Shown: positions 17,665 to 27,521 of the stretch, one piece after another
Layout of the letters: each line of letters starts with the position of its first letter
How positions within the stretch are numbered: the stretch's first letter is position 1
DNA from: Candidatus Firestoneibacteriota bacterium
GTDB lineage: Bacteria > Oederibacteriota > D2-FULL-39-29 > JBBTED01
Reading direction: 5' to 3'
DNA length: 64,000 nucleotides
NCBI GenBank assembly: GCA_038042445.1
Contig: JBBTED010000027.1
Location: forward strand, 32,001 to 96,000
The notes under the pieces: model-generated
Databases searched by the model: none
What the model saw: only the letters and a program-made list of their open reading frames with translations
What the model was told of the DNA's origin: nothing
Made by a program: the position numbers and the translations under genes

Positions 17665-20409
17665 TTATTTATATGCAAATAGCATAGCATAAATAATCCA
17701 TATTACCACGCTAAAACCAAGGACTAAAGCAGTCCAACCAAATATACGTATTGCCCTTATAACAATCGGCTGATATGGTTCTACAAGATATTTTTCAAGT
17801 TCTCCACTTGCAACTAATTCTTCATATTCTTCAGGTCTGTCATTTTTTAATTCTTCAACAGAAACACGACCTGTAAAAATACTGGTATCCATTGGAAATT
17901 TTTCCGGACGCCAGTGTGTATTAAAAAAATGCACTGTAAATATAAACCCTGCGGCAAGTAACGCCTCATCACTATGAATAATAGTTGCAACATTTATAAA
18001 CCAACCTGGCAAAAACTGTGTAAAAAACTCTGAAAACCACAGAAAAACACCTGTAAAACCAATAATAGCAATTCCCCAGAATACTGCAAAGTAATCAAAT
18101 TTTTCCCAATATGTCCACCTTCCATATCTTGGCCTTTTTCCCAAACCCAAAAACCACTTTATGGATCCAATTAAATCCAGTAAATCTTTTTTTGTAGGAA
18201 GCATAGTGTTTGTTCCTGATAACAAATTTTTCCATGTTTTAAATTCTTTACGTTTTTTTTGAAAAATATTAAAAAGATGCGTAAAGAAAATAATAAAAAG
18301 TAAAATTGCGGCAACACGATGTATATAACCTGCTGTTTCAAAACCACCGAGAAAATGCGATACAATTGATGACCATTTTGTATATGAGAATTTTAATGTC
18401 ATACCTGTAAATGCCAGACTTATAAAACTCACAATCATTGTAATGTGTAAAATTCGTTCTAAACGTGAAAACCTCACAATCTGTTTTTCTGTTGAATATA
18501 TATCTGCTTTTGGAAATTCCTTTTTATTTTTCATAGAACGTGAAAACCATAAAAGCGTATGAACACCACTAAAAAAGAAAGTGGTGACAAGAAGAGTTGT
18601 CATCCCCCAAAAAACCCAGAAAAGATACGGATATTTTTTAGGGTCATGATGTGTTGCATGTGTTAAATATCCTGCAAAACGTCTATTTGCACCTGAATGA
18701 CATTTCTGACAAGTTTGGACAATATTCTTACGGCTTAAGTGCGAGTTTGAATCAACAACAGATAAAATATCATGTGCCCCATGACAATCATAACATTTAG
18801 CTGTCTTTGTATAACCCAATTTCGAAATCTTGCCATGATATGTATCAAAATATGTTTTGGCAATTTCCTCATGGCATTTTCCACACACATTCATAATATT
18901 AAGCTTAAAACCATCTTCTCCTGCCCGCCTAATAGTATGAGCAGTATGACAATCCTTACACACAGGTAATTCCTTGTCTGTTTTATTATGCAATGGGGAA
19001 TGAACACTCTGGACAAATTGTTCGTAGACACCATAATGACAACGCCCACATGTTTCAGCAACCTTGTCTTTATGAATACTTGACCCAATATCACTATGTG
19101 GAAGTTCATGATGAGCTGTATGGCAATCCGAACAAGTTGCAGTAACAAGCAACCCACTTTTAAGAAGTCCCTTACCGTGAATACTCTCAGTGTAATTTTC
19201 AACAATTCTATGTTCTGTGCCAGTATATCGGATAGCTGATTTTTGTCCTGTTCTATGACACTTACCACAAAGATTTGGAACATTTAAAGGAAATATAGGT
19301 GATTTCGAATTTGTTTTTCCCATGATACCATGCGTTCCATGACATTCTTTGCAATTTGGAACATTTGGATCATTTTTAGCAAATAATTTTCCATGGATGC
19401 TATCTTTATATTCCTCAACAACTTCAGCATGACAATTTCCACAATCAACTTTTGTTTTTATACTTTCACAAGCACGATATTTAGAAGGATTCACATTTGA
19501 ATGGCATTTACTGCAGGCAATTTTTGTGTGTTTAGAAGAAGTTAATTCCTGATAATTTACATAAAGAGAATGTCCATCTCTTGATGCTTTTAAATCCTGT
19601 TTTGAGTGACATTTTAGACAATCCTTATCAGCCATTCCCTCTTCATAAAAAACCTTACGCACTTTATGTGGCTGATGGCAATCTACACAAGCGGGTAAAA
19701 CAGAATCCTCTTTTTCCCACAACTCACCTTTGATAATTTTTCTGTGTACATCTTCAATTTGCGTATGGCATTTATAGCATGTTGAAGCAATATTTTTACG
19801 AGATATTGAAGAACGCAAATCAGTGTGAGGTAAAATAAAATGTGATGTATGACACGATGTGCAAGTGGCAGTAACTGACAAACCCTTTTTTAGCAATCCT
19901 TCTCCATGAATACTCTCAGAATAATTCTCAAGAATTTTTGACTGATGAATGTTGCGTTGACTTTGAACAGGAGCGCCTTCTTGATGACACTTTCCACAAA
20001 CAAATGGCACTTTAATTGGTGATACTGCTGAGTTTTTATCCTTAACTTTTAATATATCGTGTGTTCCGTGACAATCTTGACAAAGCGGAGCCAATTTATC
20101 GCCTTTGGCAACTGCTTTTCCATGTAAGCTTTCAGAATATAATTTCTGTTGCTCTAAATGACAATTACCGCAACTAACTTTTAATGGTTTATCATGTGGA
20201 AAATCCTTCCCTTTTAGATCACTATGGCAGGAAATACATAGATTATTTTCATGTATAGATTTTTCAAAAACATTTGAATTAACTAATGGTGCGCCACTTT
20301 CTTTATCTTTATGACACACCATACATTCTTCATTTTCCTGTGCCTGCAAAAACATTGGTACACAGCATAAAAGGAAAATTATACTTATTTTTTGTATTCG
20401 TGAGTTCAT
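17665..20409 (-). CDS. Multiheme cytochrome c / cytochrome b fusion (CbcL-like), 19 CxxCH
   Basis: Signal peptide, 19 CxxCH, b-type domain (ERILH, IHR, WTYWEKFDY, IHSDEALLA, VHFFNTH). Confidence 0.9.
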   Translation of the reverse strand: MNSRIQKISIIFLLCCVPMFLQAQENEECMVCHKDKESGAPLVNSNVFEKSIHENNLCISCHSDLKGKDFPHDKPLKVSCGNCHLEQQKLYSESLHGKAVAKGDKLAPLCQDCHGTHDILKVKDKNSAVSPIKVPFVCGKCHQEGAPVQSQRNIHQSKILENYSESIHGEGLLKKGLSVTATCTSCHTSHFILPHTDLRSSISRKNIASTCYKCHTQIEDVHRKIIKGELWEKEDSVLPACVDCHQPHKVRKVFYEEGMADKDCLKCHSKQDLKASRDGHSLYVNYQELTSSKHTKIACSKCHSNVNPSKYRACESIKTKVDCGNCHAEVVEEYKDSIHGKLFAKNDPNVPNCKECHGTHGIMGKTNSKSPIFPLNVPNLCGKCHRTGQKSAIRYTGTEHRIVENYTESIHGKGLLKSGLLVTATCSDCHTAHHELPHSDIGSSIHKDKVAETCGRCHYGVYEQFVQSVHSPLHNKTDKELPVCKDCHTAHTIRRAGEDGFKLNIMNVCGKCHEEIAKTYFDTYHGKISKLGYTKTAKCYDCHGAHDILSVVDSNSHLSRKNIVQTCQKCHSGANRRFAGYLTHATHHDPKKYPYLFWVFWGMTTLLVTTFFFSGVHTLLWFSRSMKNKKEFPKADIYSTEKQIVRFSRLERILHITMIVSFISLAFTGMTLKFSYTKWSSIVSHFLGGFETAGYIHRVAAILLFIIFFTHLFNIFQKKRKEFKTWKNLLSGTNTMLPTKKDLLDLIGSIKWFLGLGKRPRYGRWTYWEKFDYFAVFWGIAIIGFTGVFLWFSEFFTQFLPGWFINVATIIHSDEALLAAGFIFTVHFFNTHWRPEKFPMDTSIFTGRVSVEELKNDRPEEYEELVASGELEKYLVEPYQPIVIRAIRIFGWTALVLGFSVVIWIIYAMLFAYK

Positions 20410-20496
20410 TTGATTATATTAACTATATATATCTATCATAACAGATAACAGATTTTACGTAGGGCAAGGCTTTACCTTGCGAATGGCAAACCTAAA

Positions 20497-20621
20497 GAGC
20501 CTGTGTCAAAACCCTATTTTGTCATCCTGAGGCAGTAGCCGAAGGATCTCATTTTTAAAGGGCTTTAAAGCGAGATTCTTCGGCTACTGCCTCAGAATGA
20601 CACCTTTTTTGGTACAAGTTC
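20497..20621. mobile_element. 125-bp MITE with TAAA duplication, inserted in a REP
   Basis: Imperfect TIR gagcctgtgtcaaaa / ttttggtacaagttc flanked by taaa; removal restores ggcaaacctaaaggtttgcc. Confidence 0.7.
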
Positions 20622-20651
20622 TAAAGGTTTGCCCTACAATGACTTTTCCTA

Positions 20652-22796
20652 TTATGTTTTATTTTTAAAAGCTAAAATATAAACATAAAAAGTTGCGCCC
20701 TTTCCTGTTTCAGATTCTACATCTATATGCCCTTCATGCCTTCTTATTATAGAATAAACTGTTGCAAGTCCTAAACCACTACCTCTTGATTTTGTTGTCC
20801 AATAAGGATCAAATATTTTTGTTATATTCTCTTTTGCTATGCCAACTCCCTCATCTTTTATCGCTATTTTTACATATTCACCATCTTTAATTAATAAATC
20901 CCCTTTAATGTCAATATTCTCTGCATTAATCTGCACCACACCGCCTTCAGGCATAGATTCTACTGCATTTATAATTAAATTATTAATTACCTGAATCATC
21001 TGCCCTTCATCAAATTCAACTGACCATAGATTATCAGAAATTATAGTATCAAATTTTACCTTAGAATTTCTTGTCAAATATTTAACTGTATCATTTAATA
21101 TTTTTGAAATTGACAAAACTTTTTTTATTGATTCTCCGCCCCTAGCAAAACTTGATAATTGTTTCGTTAATTCTTTTGCCTGCAAAGACGCTTTTTCAGC
21201 ATCAGCCAGTAATTCACCCAATTCCCCAGGATTTTGCAAATGCCTCTTCGCTAAAGAAATATTCCCTAAAATTGAAGTCAACATATTATTAAAATCATGG
21301 GCAATACCACCTGCAAAAACTCCTATTGATTCTACTTTTTGTGACTTTACAAACTCTATTTCTATTTTTTTCTGCTGTTCTTTTATTAAAAGAACATTTT
21401 GAATGTTAGATATCGCCGCTTCAAGTGAATCTTTTAATAAATTTAACCCATTAAGTTCATCTTTATAAAACATATCCCCAGAAAATTTATTACCTAATAA
21501 AATACAACCTTTTATTCCCCCATTTTTATTTACAGCAATCATTACCGCGTAATCCCCTGCATTCATTCCATCAAATATTTTCATTTCTGAGTCAGTAAGC
21601 ACTCTTCCTATTTCTATTTTTTTCTGAAGTTCATCTCTTATTATTATTTCTTCTTTACCCTCAAAACAATTCAAAAATACACTTTGATTGCTTTTTGTCT
21701 CCTTCATTGTATAAGATTTTTTATTTGAATCTTTACATTCAAATTCTCCTTCTATTATTGCTCCTGTTTTTCCAAATATTCTGATTGAACCTTTTTCTAC
21801 AAGAAAAATCTGAGGTATTTCCTTTAATAAATATTCAACAAGTTGGTTTTCATCTAATATACTTCTAATCTTTGATGTAAGCAATTGAATTGATTTAACA
21901 AAATCAATATTTTTTGCATAAAACTTTGCATTTATAAATGTACGAATTTTGCCACTAAATACTTTCAGGAATATAAAAGTAACAAATGTAATACAAGCTA
22001 AAGTTGGAAGGAAAAATGTCCTATGAAAATGAGAGGAAGGAAGTAGTATAAATACTATAATTATATTTAGTATTACCGTAGATGATAATATTGCCAAATA
22101 TTCCAATATTTTTCGCAATAAATATTGCAGGTTCACCATTTTTATGCGGATAAATGCATAAGCAATAGCTATAGTGTAAAATAAACTTGTTAAGTTCCCA
22201 AATGGATAAAATTCTATACCAAATGTAGGCAAAAAATTTGTTACTCCTCCCAATGCGCCTAAAAATGTTCCCCAGAAAATATATTTATATTGTTGTCTTT
22301 TTTGTCCTGAAGAAATCTTTATTAATTTAAAGATTAAAACTTGTGCATAGGTTATGTAAAAAGAGAAAACTACACTATATATCAAATCCCCTATATTTAC
22401 CAATGGATAATATCCCCAGAAATATTTTTTTAACTCATTACTTAAAATATTGCATTTAAAGTGTAACAATAAAAATAAAAAACTAAAAAAATAAGCAAGA
22501 TAAAGCAAAGTTTTATTTAATTTGGTTTTTATGTTTGCAACATTATAAACAAAATGAAAGGTTGTAGAAAAAATAAATATTGTTCCTGAAATTAATATAT
22601 GATTATATTTAACTGCTAACAAATATTCAGAAGTATTATACAACAAAAAGAAACCTAAATTCCATACAGCCATTGATAAATTCCAGAAAATATAAGCCAG
22701 AGTAATATTTTTATTTCTATTATTAATTAATATAAGTAATATTAGAGATATATTAAGAATAAATGCTACTAATGGCTGTATTGAATAAATTGTCAT
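20652..22796 (-). CDS. Histidine kinase with N-terminal 7TM sensor and GAF-like region
   Basis: Multi-TM N-terminus (KYFWGYYP, NFLPTFGIEFYPFGN), GGIAHDFNN, FDPYWTTK, GSGLGL. Confidence 0.88.
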   Translation of the reverse strand: MTIYSIQPLVAFILNISLILLILINNRNKNITLAYIFWNLSMAVWNLGFFLLYNTSEYLLAVKYNHILISGTIFIFSTTFHFVYNVANIKTKLNKTLLYLAYFFSFLFLLLHFKCNILSNELKKYFWGYYPLVNIGDLIYSVVFSFYITYAQVLIFKLIKISSGQKRQQYKYIFWGTFLGALGGVTNFLPTFGIEFYPFGNLTSLFYTIAIAYAFIRIKMVNLQYLLRKILEYLAILSSTVILNIIIVFILLPSSHFHRTFFLPTLACITFVTFIFLKVFSGKIRTFINAKFYAKNIDFVKSIQLLTSKIRSILDENQLVEYLLKEIPQIFLVEKGSIRIFGKTGAIIEGEFECKDSNKKSYTMKETKSNQSVFLNCFEGKEEIIIRDELQKKIEIGRVLTDSEMKIFDGMNAGDYAVMIAVNKNGGIKGCILLGNKFSGDMFYKDELNGLNLLKDSLEAAISNIQNVLLIKEQQKKIEIEFVKSQKVESIGVFAGGIAHDFNNMLTSILGNISLAKRHLQNPGELGELLADAEKASLQAKELTKQLSSFARGGESIKKVLSISKILNDTVKYLTRNSKVKFDTIISDNLWSVEFDEGQMIQVINNLIINAVESMPEGGVVQINAENIDIKGDLLIKDGEYVKIAIKDEGVGIAKENITKIFDPYWTTKSRGSGLGLATVYSIIRRHEGHIDVESETGKGATFYVYILAFKNKT

Positions 22797-24049
22797 AAGT
22801 ATTTTTTTAATAATAATACTGCATTTACACCTGAAAATCCAGAGGAATTTTGCATTGCAATATTTACTTCTTTTTTTCTTGCTTTATTTGGCACATAATC
22901 CAAATCACATTCTGGGTCAGGATATTCATAATTTATAGTTGGTGGAATAATATTATCTTCTATTATAAGACAATTTGTTATAGTCTGAAAAGCGCCTGCT
23001 GGTCCTAAAGAATGGCCTATCATTGATTTTAAACCACTTATTGGCACTTTATATGCATATTCTCCAAATGCTTTTTTAATAGCAAGTGTTTCTGTTTTTT
23101 CATTTAATTGTGTAGAACTTCCATGTGCCTGTATATAATCAACATTTTCAGGTTTAATATTTGCATTTTTCATTGCTATTTTCATTGCTCTTGCTGATTG
23201 CACCCCATCTGGAGCAGGAGCTGTCATATGATACGCATTACAAGTAGTTCCATAACCAATAACTTCAGCATATATATGTGCATTTCTTTTTATAGCATGT
23301 TCTAATTCTTCCATAATAACTATACCTGAGCCTTCTCCCATAACAAATCCATCTCTTTCTTTATCAAAAGGTCTTGAAGCTTTTTCCGGCTCATTATTTC
23401 TCGTAGACAATGCTTTTATTGCGCAAAATGAATACATTGTTAAAGGAGCAATTGGAGCCTCTGTTCCACCTGCAAAAATAATATCTGCAATTCCTTGTTG
23501 TATAGATGTATATGCATTACCTATAGCTACTGTTCCTGCTGTGCATCCTGTTGATATTACATTGTTATATCCAACTATGCCTAAGTCTATTGAAATCTGG
23601 CCAACTGAAGCGCAACAAAATACTGCAATCGTAGTAAAAGTGCTTACTCCTCTTAAACCATTCAATCTATAGTTTGTAAATTGTTTCTCTGCAAAATCCA
23701 TTCCGCTTACTGCAATACCAATAACTAACCCAATTCTTTCAGGATCTTCGTTTTTTATATTTAATTTTGCATCTATTAAAGCCAATTTAGCAGCACCCAT
23801 AGCATATTGTGTAGATAAATCAGTTCTTCTAATTTGCTTTGGATCCATATATTTTTTGGGATCAAAATTATCTATTTCAGCAGCTATTTGCGAAGGATGT
23901 TGGGAAGCATCAAATCTCGTAATTTTGCGTGTCCAAGATTTACCTGCTATTGTATTTTCCCAGAATTCCTGTTTTCCTATACCACTTGGAGCAACAACTC
24001 CAAGCCCTGTTATAACAACTCGTCTTTTATTTTCTTTAGTATCATTCAT
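22793..24049 (-). CDS. Beta-ketoacyl synthase, type II PKS KS-alpha-like / FabF family
   Basis: RRVVITGLG, STGCTAG, HGSST, KSMIGHSLG; start set at ATG 24049. Confidence 0.85.
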   Translation of the reverse strand: MNDTKENKRRVVITGLGVVAPSGIGKQEFWENTIAGKSWTRKITRFDASQHPSQIAAEIDNFDPKKYMDPKQIRRTDLSTQYAMGAAKLALIDAKLNIKNEDPERIGLVIGIAVSGMDFAEKQFTNYRLNGLRGVSTFTTIAVFCCASVGQISIDLGIVGYNNVISTGCTAGTVAIGNAYTSIQQGIADIIFAGGTEAPIAPLTMYSFCAIKALSTRNNEPEKASRPFDKERDGFVMGEGSGIVIMEELEHAIKRNAHIYAEVIGYGTTCNAYHMTAPAPDGVQSARAMKIAMKNANIKPENVDYIQAHGSSTQLNEKTETLAIKKAFGEYAYKVPISGLKSMIGHSLGPAGAFQTITNCLIIEDNIIPPTINYEYPDPECDLDYVPNKARKKEVNIAMQNSSGFSGVNAVLLLKKYL

Positions 24050-24154
24050 TTTATAATAAATTAAGTCGTTCTGATTCGCCTGTAACAAATTAGCCAAAAT
24101 AAATTTCGCTACGCAATAATTGTCATCCTGAGCGTTAGTGAAGGATCTCGTCTT

Positions 24155-24295
24155 GTAACAGATTAGCCATTCTAAAAATACACATTATTATTGTAGCTGC
24201 AGAGCAAAGCTCTGCTAAAAAACAGCAAAGCTTTCGCTTTGCGGCTACATAAACCATACAAAATCCATTAAATCTTAGAATGGCCAACCTATTAC
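24155..24295 (+). mobile_element. 141-bp MITE copy 1, 8-bp TSD ctcgtctt
   Basis: TIR gtaacagattagccattctaa / ttagaatggccaacctattac; sits inside a GTCATCCTGAG palindrome. Confidence 0.88.
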
Positions 24296-24372
24296 CTCGT
24301 CTTTATATAGATTCTTTATTTCATTCAGAGTGACAAAAAAGGTTGTTGAAAAACTTCCACTCCATTTGCATC

Positions 24373-24957
24373 TTACACATCTTTAACACCAGTTTTAAAT
24401 ATTGGAATAGGGAAAAATGCCCATACTTCTTTTTTGTATTTTAGATATTCTTCACCAAATTTTTTAATTAGTGCTTTTTCCTCAAAAATAAATCTTAAAA
24501 TAATAAGTGGAACAAATGTAATTACAATCAAAAAAAATGAATAATAAGCATTTGCTATTAAAGGTAGACCCAAAATTTCACAAAATAAAAACAAATAATG
24601 TGGATGCCTCATATATTTATAAGGACCTTTTTTAATTAAAGGATGGACATCTCTTATTTCTATTTCTACAGTCCAGTATTTATCTAAAGTCTTTATTGCC
24701 CAAATAGAAAGCATCCAACCCAGAATATACAAAACAAAAGCAATACCAGAAATATAATAATTTATATTTCTTTCAATAATAAAAAATTCTATAGGCGAAA
24801 CAAAAATTGGTAATATATAAAAAATATATATTGATTTAGTTATCCATTGAAATGAAATTTCCCCTTCTATTTTTTTGATTTTATGTATTTTAGAAGTAAT
24901 AAAGAACTTATTTATAAATACAAGAATTGCGAAAATTAAATAAATATTTTCAAACAT
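24373..24957 (-). CDS. ICMT/PEMT-family membrane methyltransferase
   Basis: LIKKGPYKYMRHPHY, EEKAL..FGEEY..YKK. Confidence 0.85.
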   Translation of the reverse strand: MFENIYLIFAILVFINKFFITSKIHKIKKIEGEISFQWITKSIYIFYILPIFVSPIEFFIIERNINYYISGIAFVLYILGWMLSIWAIKTLDKYWTVEIEIRDVHPLIKKGPYKYMRHPHYLFLFCEILGLPLIANAYYSFFLIVITFVPLIILRFIFEEKALIKKFGEEYLKYKKEVWAFFPIPIFKTGVKDV

Positions 24958-24966
24958 TTAGTTTAT

Positions 24967-26334
24967 TTATTTTGGAGCTTTTGCCTTTGGATAAGAATAA
25001 GCTACATAATGCGAAGATAAATTTGCTATTATAGGAAATATTCTCTCATTTAACCTCACATTATTTTCATTCCAATTATTATACAATTTCATAAGCCTGT
25101 TAAAAACAGTATTTAATTCAAATAGTTCCTGAAAAGCCCAGCAATAACCATTTTCCAAATCCTTTTCAGACATATTTTTTGGTTTATAACATACATGACA
25201 ACAATCAAAATATGCCCAACTTTTATTTAATATTCTTTTTTCTTTTTCAAGTTTAAAAAATAATTGTGTTCCAGGCAAAGGTGTAAGAATATTTACAAAA
25301 CAATTGCCAATACCAGAATCTTTTATAAAATTAACTGTTCTTTCAAATACATTTATATCATCATCATCAAACCCAAATATAAATGAACCAAGAATAATAA
25401 TACCTTTTGATTGAATTTTTCCTATTGCTTTATAATATAAATCAACTTTGTATTGATTGCCTTTATGAACTTCTGCTAAATTTTTTTGGTTAATTGATTC
25501 AAACCCTATTAAAATACTTAAACAACCACTTGCTACTAATAAATCAAGCAATTCATCATCTTCATATATCTCAATGGTTGCCTGTATTGTATAAGGTGTT
25601 TTAAGTGGTATCATTGCTTTTAAAAGTTCTTTTGCTCTTTTTTTATCAACTAAAAAATTATCATCACAAAAGAAAATCAATTTTTTATCAATTGAATTTA
25701 CAAATTCTATTTCTTTTATTACTTTTTCAACTGATTTACATCTGTATTTTTTACCAAAATATGTCTGAACAGAACAAAATTCGCAATTATAAGGACATCC
25801 GCGTGTTGTTTGAAGTATATGAAAATTATATTTTTTATTATTTAATAAATCGTATCTGGGAATAGGAGATAAATTTATATCAGGTTTTTCAGGAGATTCG
25901 TATATTTTTTTTAGATTATTATTTTTAAAATCTTCTATTACCTGCTTCCATATATTTTCTGCTTCTCCTTTTACAATAGTATCTGCATGTAAAAGCCCTT
26001 CTTCTGGAAGCATAGAAGTATGAATTCCACCAATTACAACTTGGACATTTCTTTTTCTGAATTCATCAGCAATTTCATAGGCACGAGTAGCCAAAGATGT
26101 ATTGGCACTTATTCCAACTAAATCAACTTTTTCATCAAAGTTAATATCCTCTATGTTTTCATCTTTGATAATTATATTTACATCTTCTGGTGTAAGCGCT
26201 GCTATAACAGGTATTGAAGCTATCATAGCACTGTATTTTTTTACTCCAAAAACAATTGATTGAAATTGTCCTCCCCAGTTTTCTAATTCTGTATCAGCAG
26301 TTTTTCGTTTGGGAACAATCAGCTTTAAAATCAC
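24967..26334 (-). CDS. B12-binding radical SAM protein
   Basis: N-terminal B12-binding domain (VVIGGIH), TRGCPYNCEFC, TPLPGT. Confidence 0.9.
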   Translation of the reverse strand: MILKLIVPKRKTADTELENWGGQFQSIVFGVKKYSAMIASIPVIAALTPEDVNIIIKDENIEDINFDEKVDLVGISANTSLATRAYEIADEFRKRNVQVVIGGIHTSMLPEEGLLHADTIVKGEAENIWKQVIEDFKNNNLKKIYESPEKPDINLSPIPRYDLLNNKKYNFHILQTTRGCPYNCEFCSVQTYFGKKYRCKSVEKVIKEIEFVNSIDKKLIFFCDDNFLVDKKRAKELLKAMIPLKTPYTIQATIEIYEDDELLDLLVASGCLSILIGFESINQKNLAEVHKGNQYKVDLYYKAIGKIQSKGIIILGSFIFGFDDDDINVFERTVNFIKDSGIGNCFVNILTPLPGTQLFFKLEKEKRILNKSWAYFDCCHVCYKPKNMSEKDLENGYCWAFQELFELNTVFNRLMKLYNNWNENNVRLNERIFPIIANLSSHYVAYSYPKAKAPK

Positions 26335-26924
26335 TCTACATCCTTTCTTGCTATTGCAATTTTAGGAAAAAATCTATTCACCTCTTGTTTATAACTTATA
26401 TATTTTTCTTTTAATGTTTCAAGCATTGCTTTTTCTTCTATGATTGAACGTAAAATAATTATTGGAAAATATGTAATTAAAAATATAGTGAGAAAATAAT
26501 AGGAATTTGGAATCAAAGTAATTCCTAATACTTCAAGTAAGTGAAAAACATTATTTGGGTGTCTCATATATTTATATGGACCATTTTTTATTAACTCGTG
26601 ATTATCTCGTATTTCAATATCCACACTCCAGTATTTCCCAAGCGAATTAAATGCCCACTGCCTTCCAAAAAGACCTATAGAATATAGCATAATTCCTGCA
26701 CAACTTACAAACAAATTCATATTTCTTTTTGCAACAAAATATTCTATAAAACTACCAAAAAGTATAATAAGGTAGACATAAAATATATATTTGGATGTCC
26801 ATTTAGCAATAACCTTGCCTTTGAGTTTTTCGGATTTCAAAGTTTTTTTTCTGATTGTGGACCTTATATGAAATGTAACTGCAAAAAATATAATATAAAA
26901 TATTGTGAAATAAATGTTATTCAT
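26331..26924 (-). CDS. ICMT/PEMT-family membrane methyltransferase (paralog)
   Basis: LIKNGPYKYMRHPN, EEKAM. Confidence 0.85.
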   Translation of the reverse strand: MNNIYFTIFYIIFFAVTFHIRSTIRKKTLKSEKLKGKVIAKWTSKYIFYVYLIILFGSFIEYFVAKRNMNLFVSCAGIMLYSIGLFGRQWAFNSLGKYWSVDIEIRDNHELIKNGPYKYMRHPNNVFHLLEVLGITLIPNSYYFLTIFLITYFPIIILRSIIEEKAMLETLKEKYISYKQEVNRFFPKIAIARKDVE

Positions 26925-26942
26925 TATTTTTAATAGTACTCA

Positions 26943-27064
26943 ATCTATGTCATAATGGTAGCCGCAGGCTTTAGCCTGCGAAAAAATTGTAAAAAATACC
27001 GCAAGCTAAAGCTTGCGACTACCACTACAGAGAAAATCGCAAAAAACGAATTATGACACAGTCT
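26943..27064. mobile_element. MITE-like element carrying a REP doublet
   Basis: TIR ctatgtcataat / attatgacacag; partial inverted relative at 39639-39729. Confidence 0.6.
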
Positions 27065-27521
27065 AAATGACTCCTTCCAATTTGTTCTTTAAACCAAGCA
27101 AAACATTTCTTGTAAGCTTGTCAATTGCGGGTTTTGCTATGAATTTGGATAAAATCCAGCCTAAAACAGGTGGATTTAAGCTTAATCTGTGTGTTATTGT
27201 TAATTTCGTGCCTTCAGGAACTTCTTCAAATAGCCACTCGATTTTCATTCCTTTTAATCTGCCTTCAATTTGTTCAAATTCTATTGTTTTATTGATATTA
27301 AATTTTACTTTTGACTTCCACTTCATTATTTTACCTTTTATTTCTGCAACTCTTTCAACAATCATTCCACCATCTTCTGTTTTTATAAGCTTTGATGGTT
27401 TATACCCCGGTATATAGGTATGAGAGTTTTCAATATCCTGTGCAATTTTATATACTTCAGGTAAATTTCTTTTTATTATAATTGTATCTTTTGTAATCAT
27501 ATTATTGCTACCACTCTGCAC
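27063..27521 (-). CDS. SRPBCC polyketide cyclase/aromatase-like protein
   Basis: WKS..IEFEQIEGRLKGMKIEW..GTKLTITH pattern; true start probably ATG 27500. Confidence 0.78.
   Translation of the reverse strand: MQSGSNNMITKDTIIIKRNLPEVYKIAQDIENSHTYIPGYKPSKLIKTEDGGMIVERVAEIKGKIMKWKSKVKFNINKTIEFEQIEGRLKGMKIEWLFEEVPEGTKLTITHRLSLNPPVLGWILSKFIAKPAIDKLTRNVLLGLKNKLEGVI

Noticed and set aside
24082..24095. Extra MITE copies at gtaacaaattagcc (24082) and gtaatagattagctatt (58964)
   Set aside because: Only a single TIR-like end each, no partner end or TSD found
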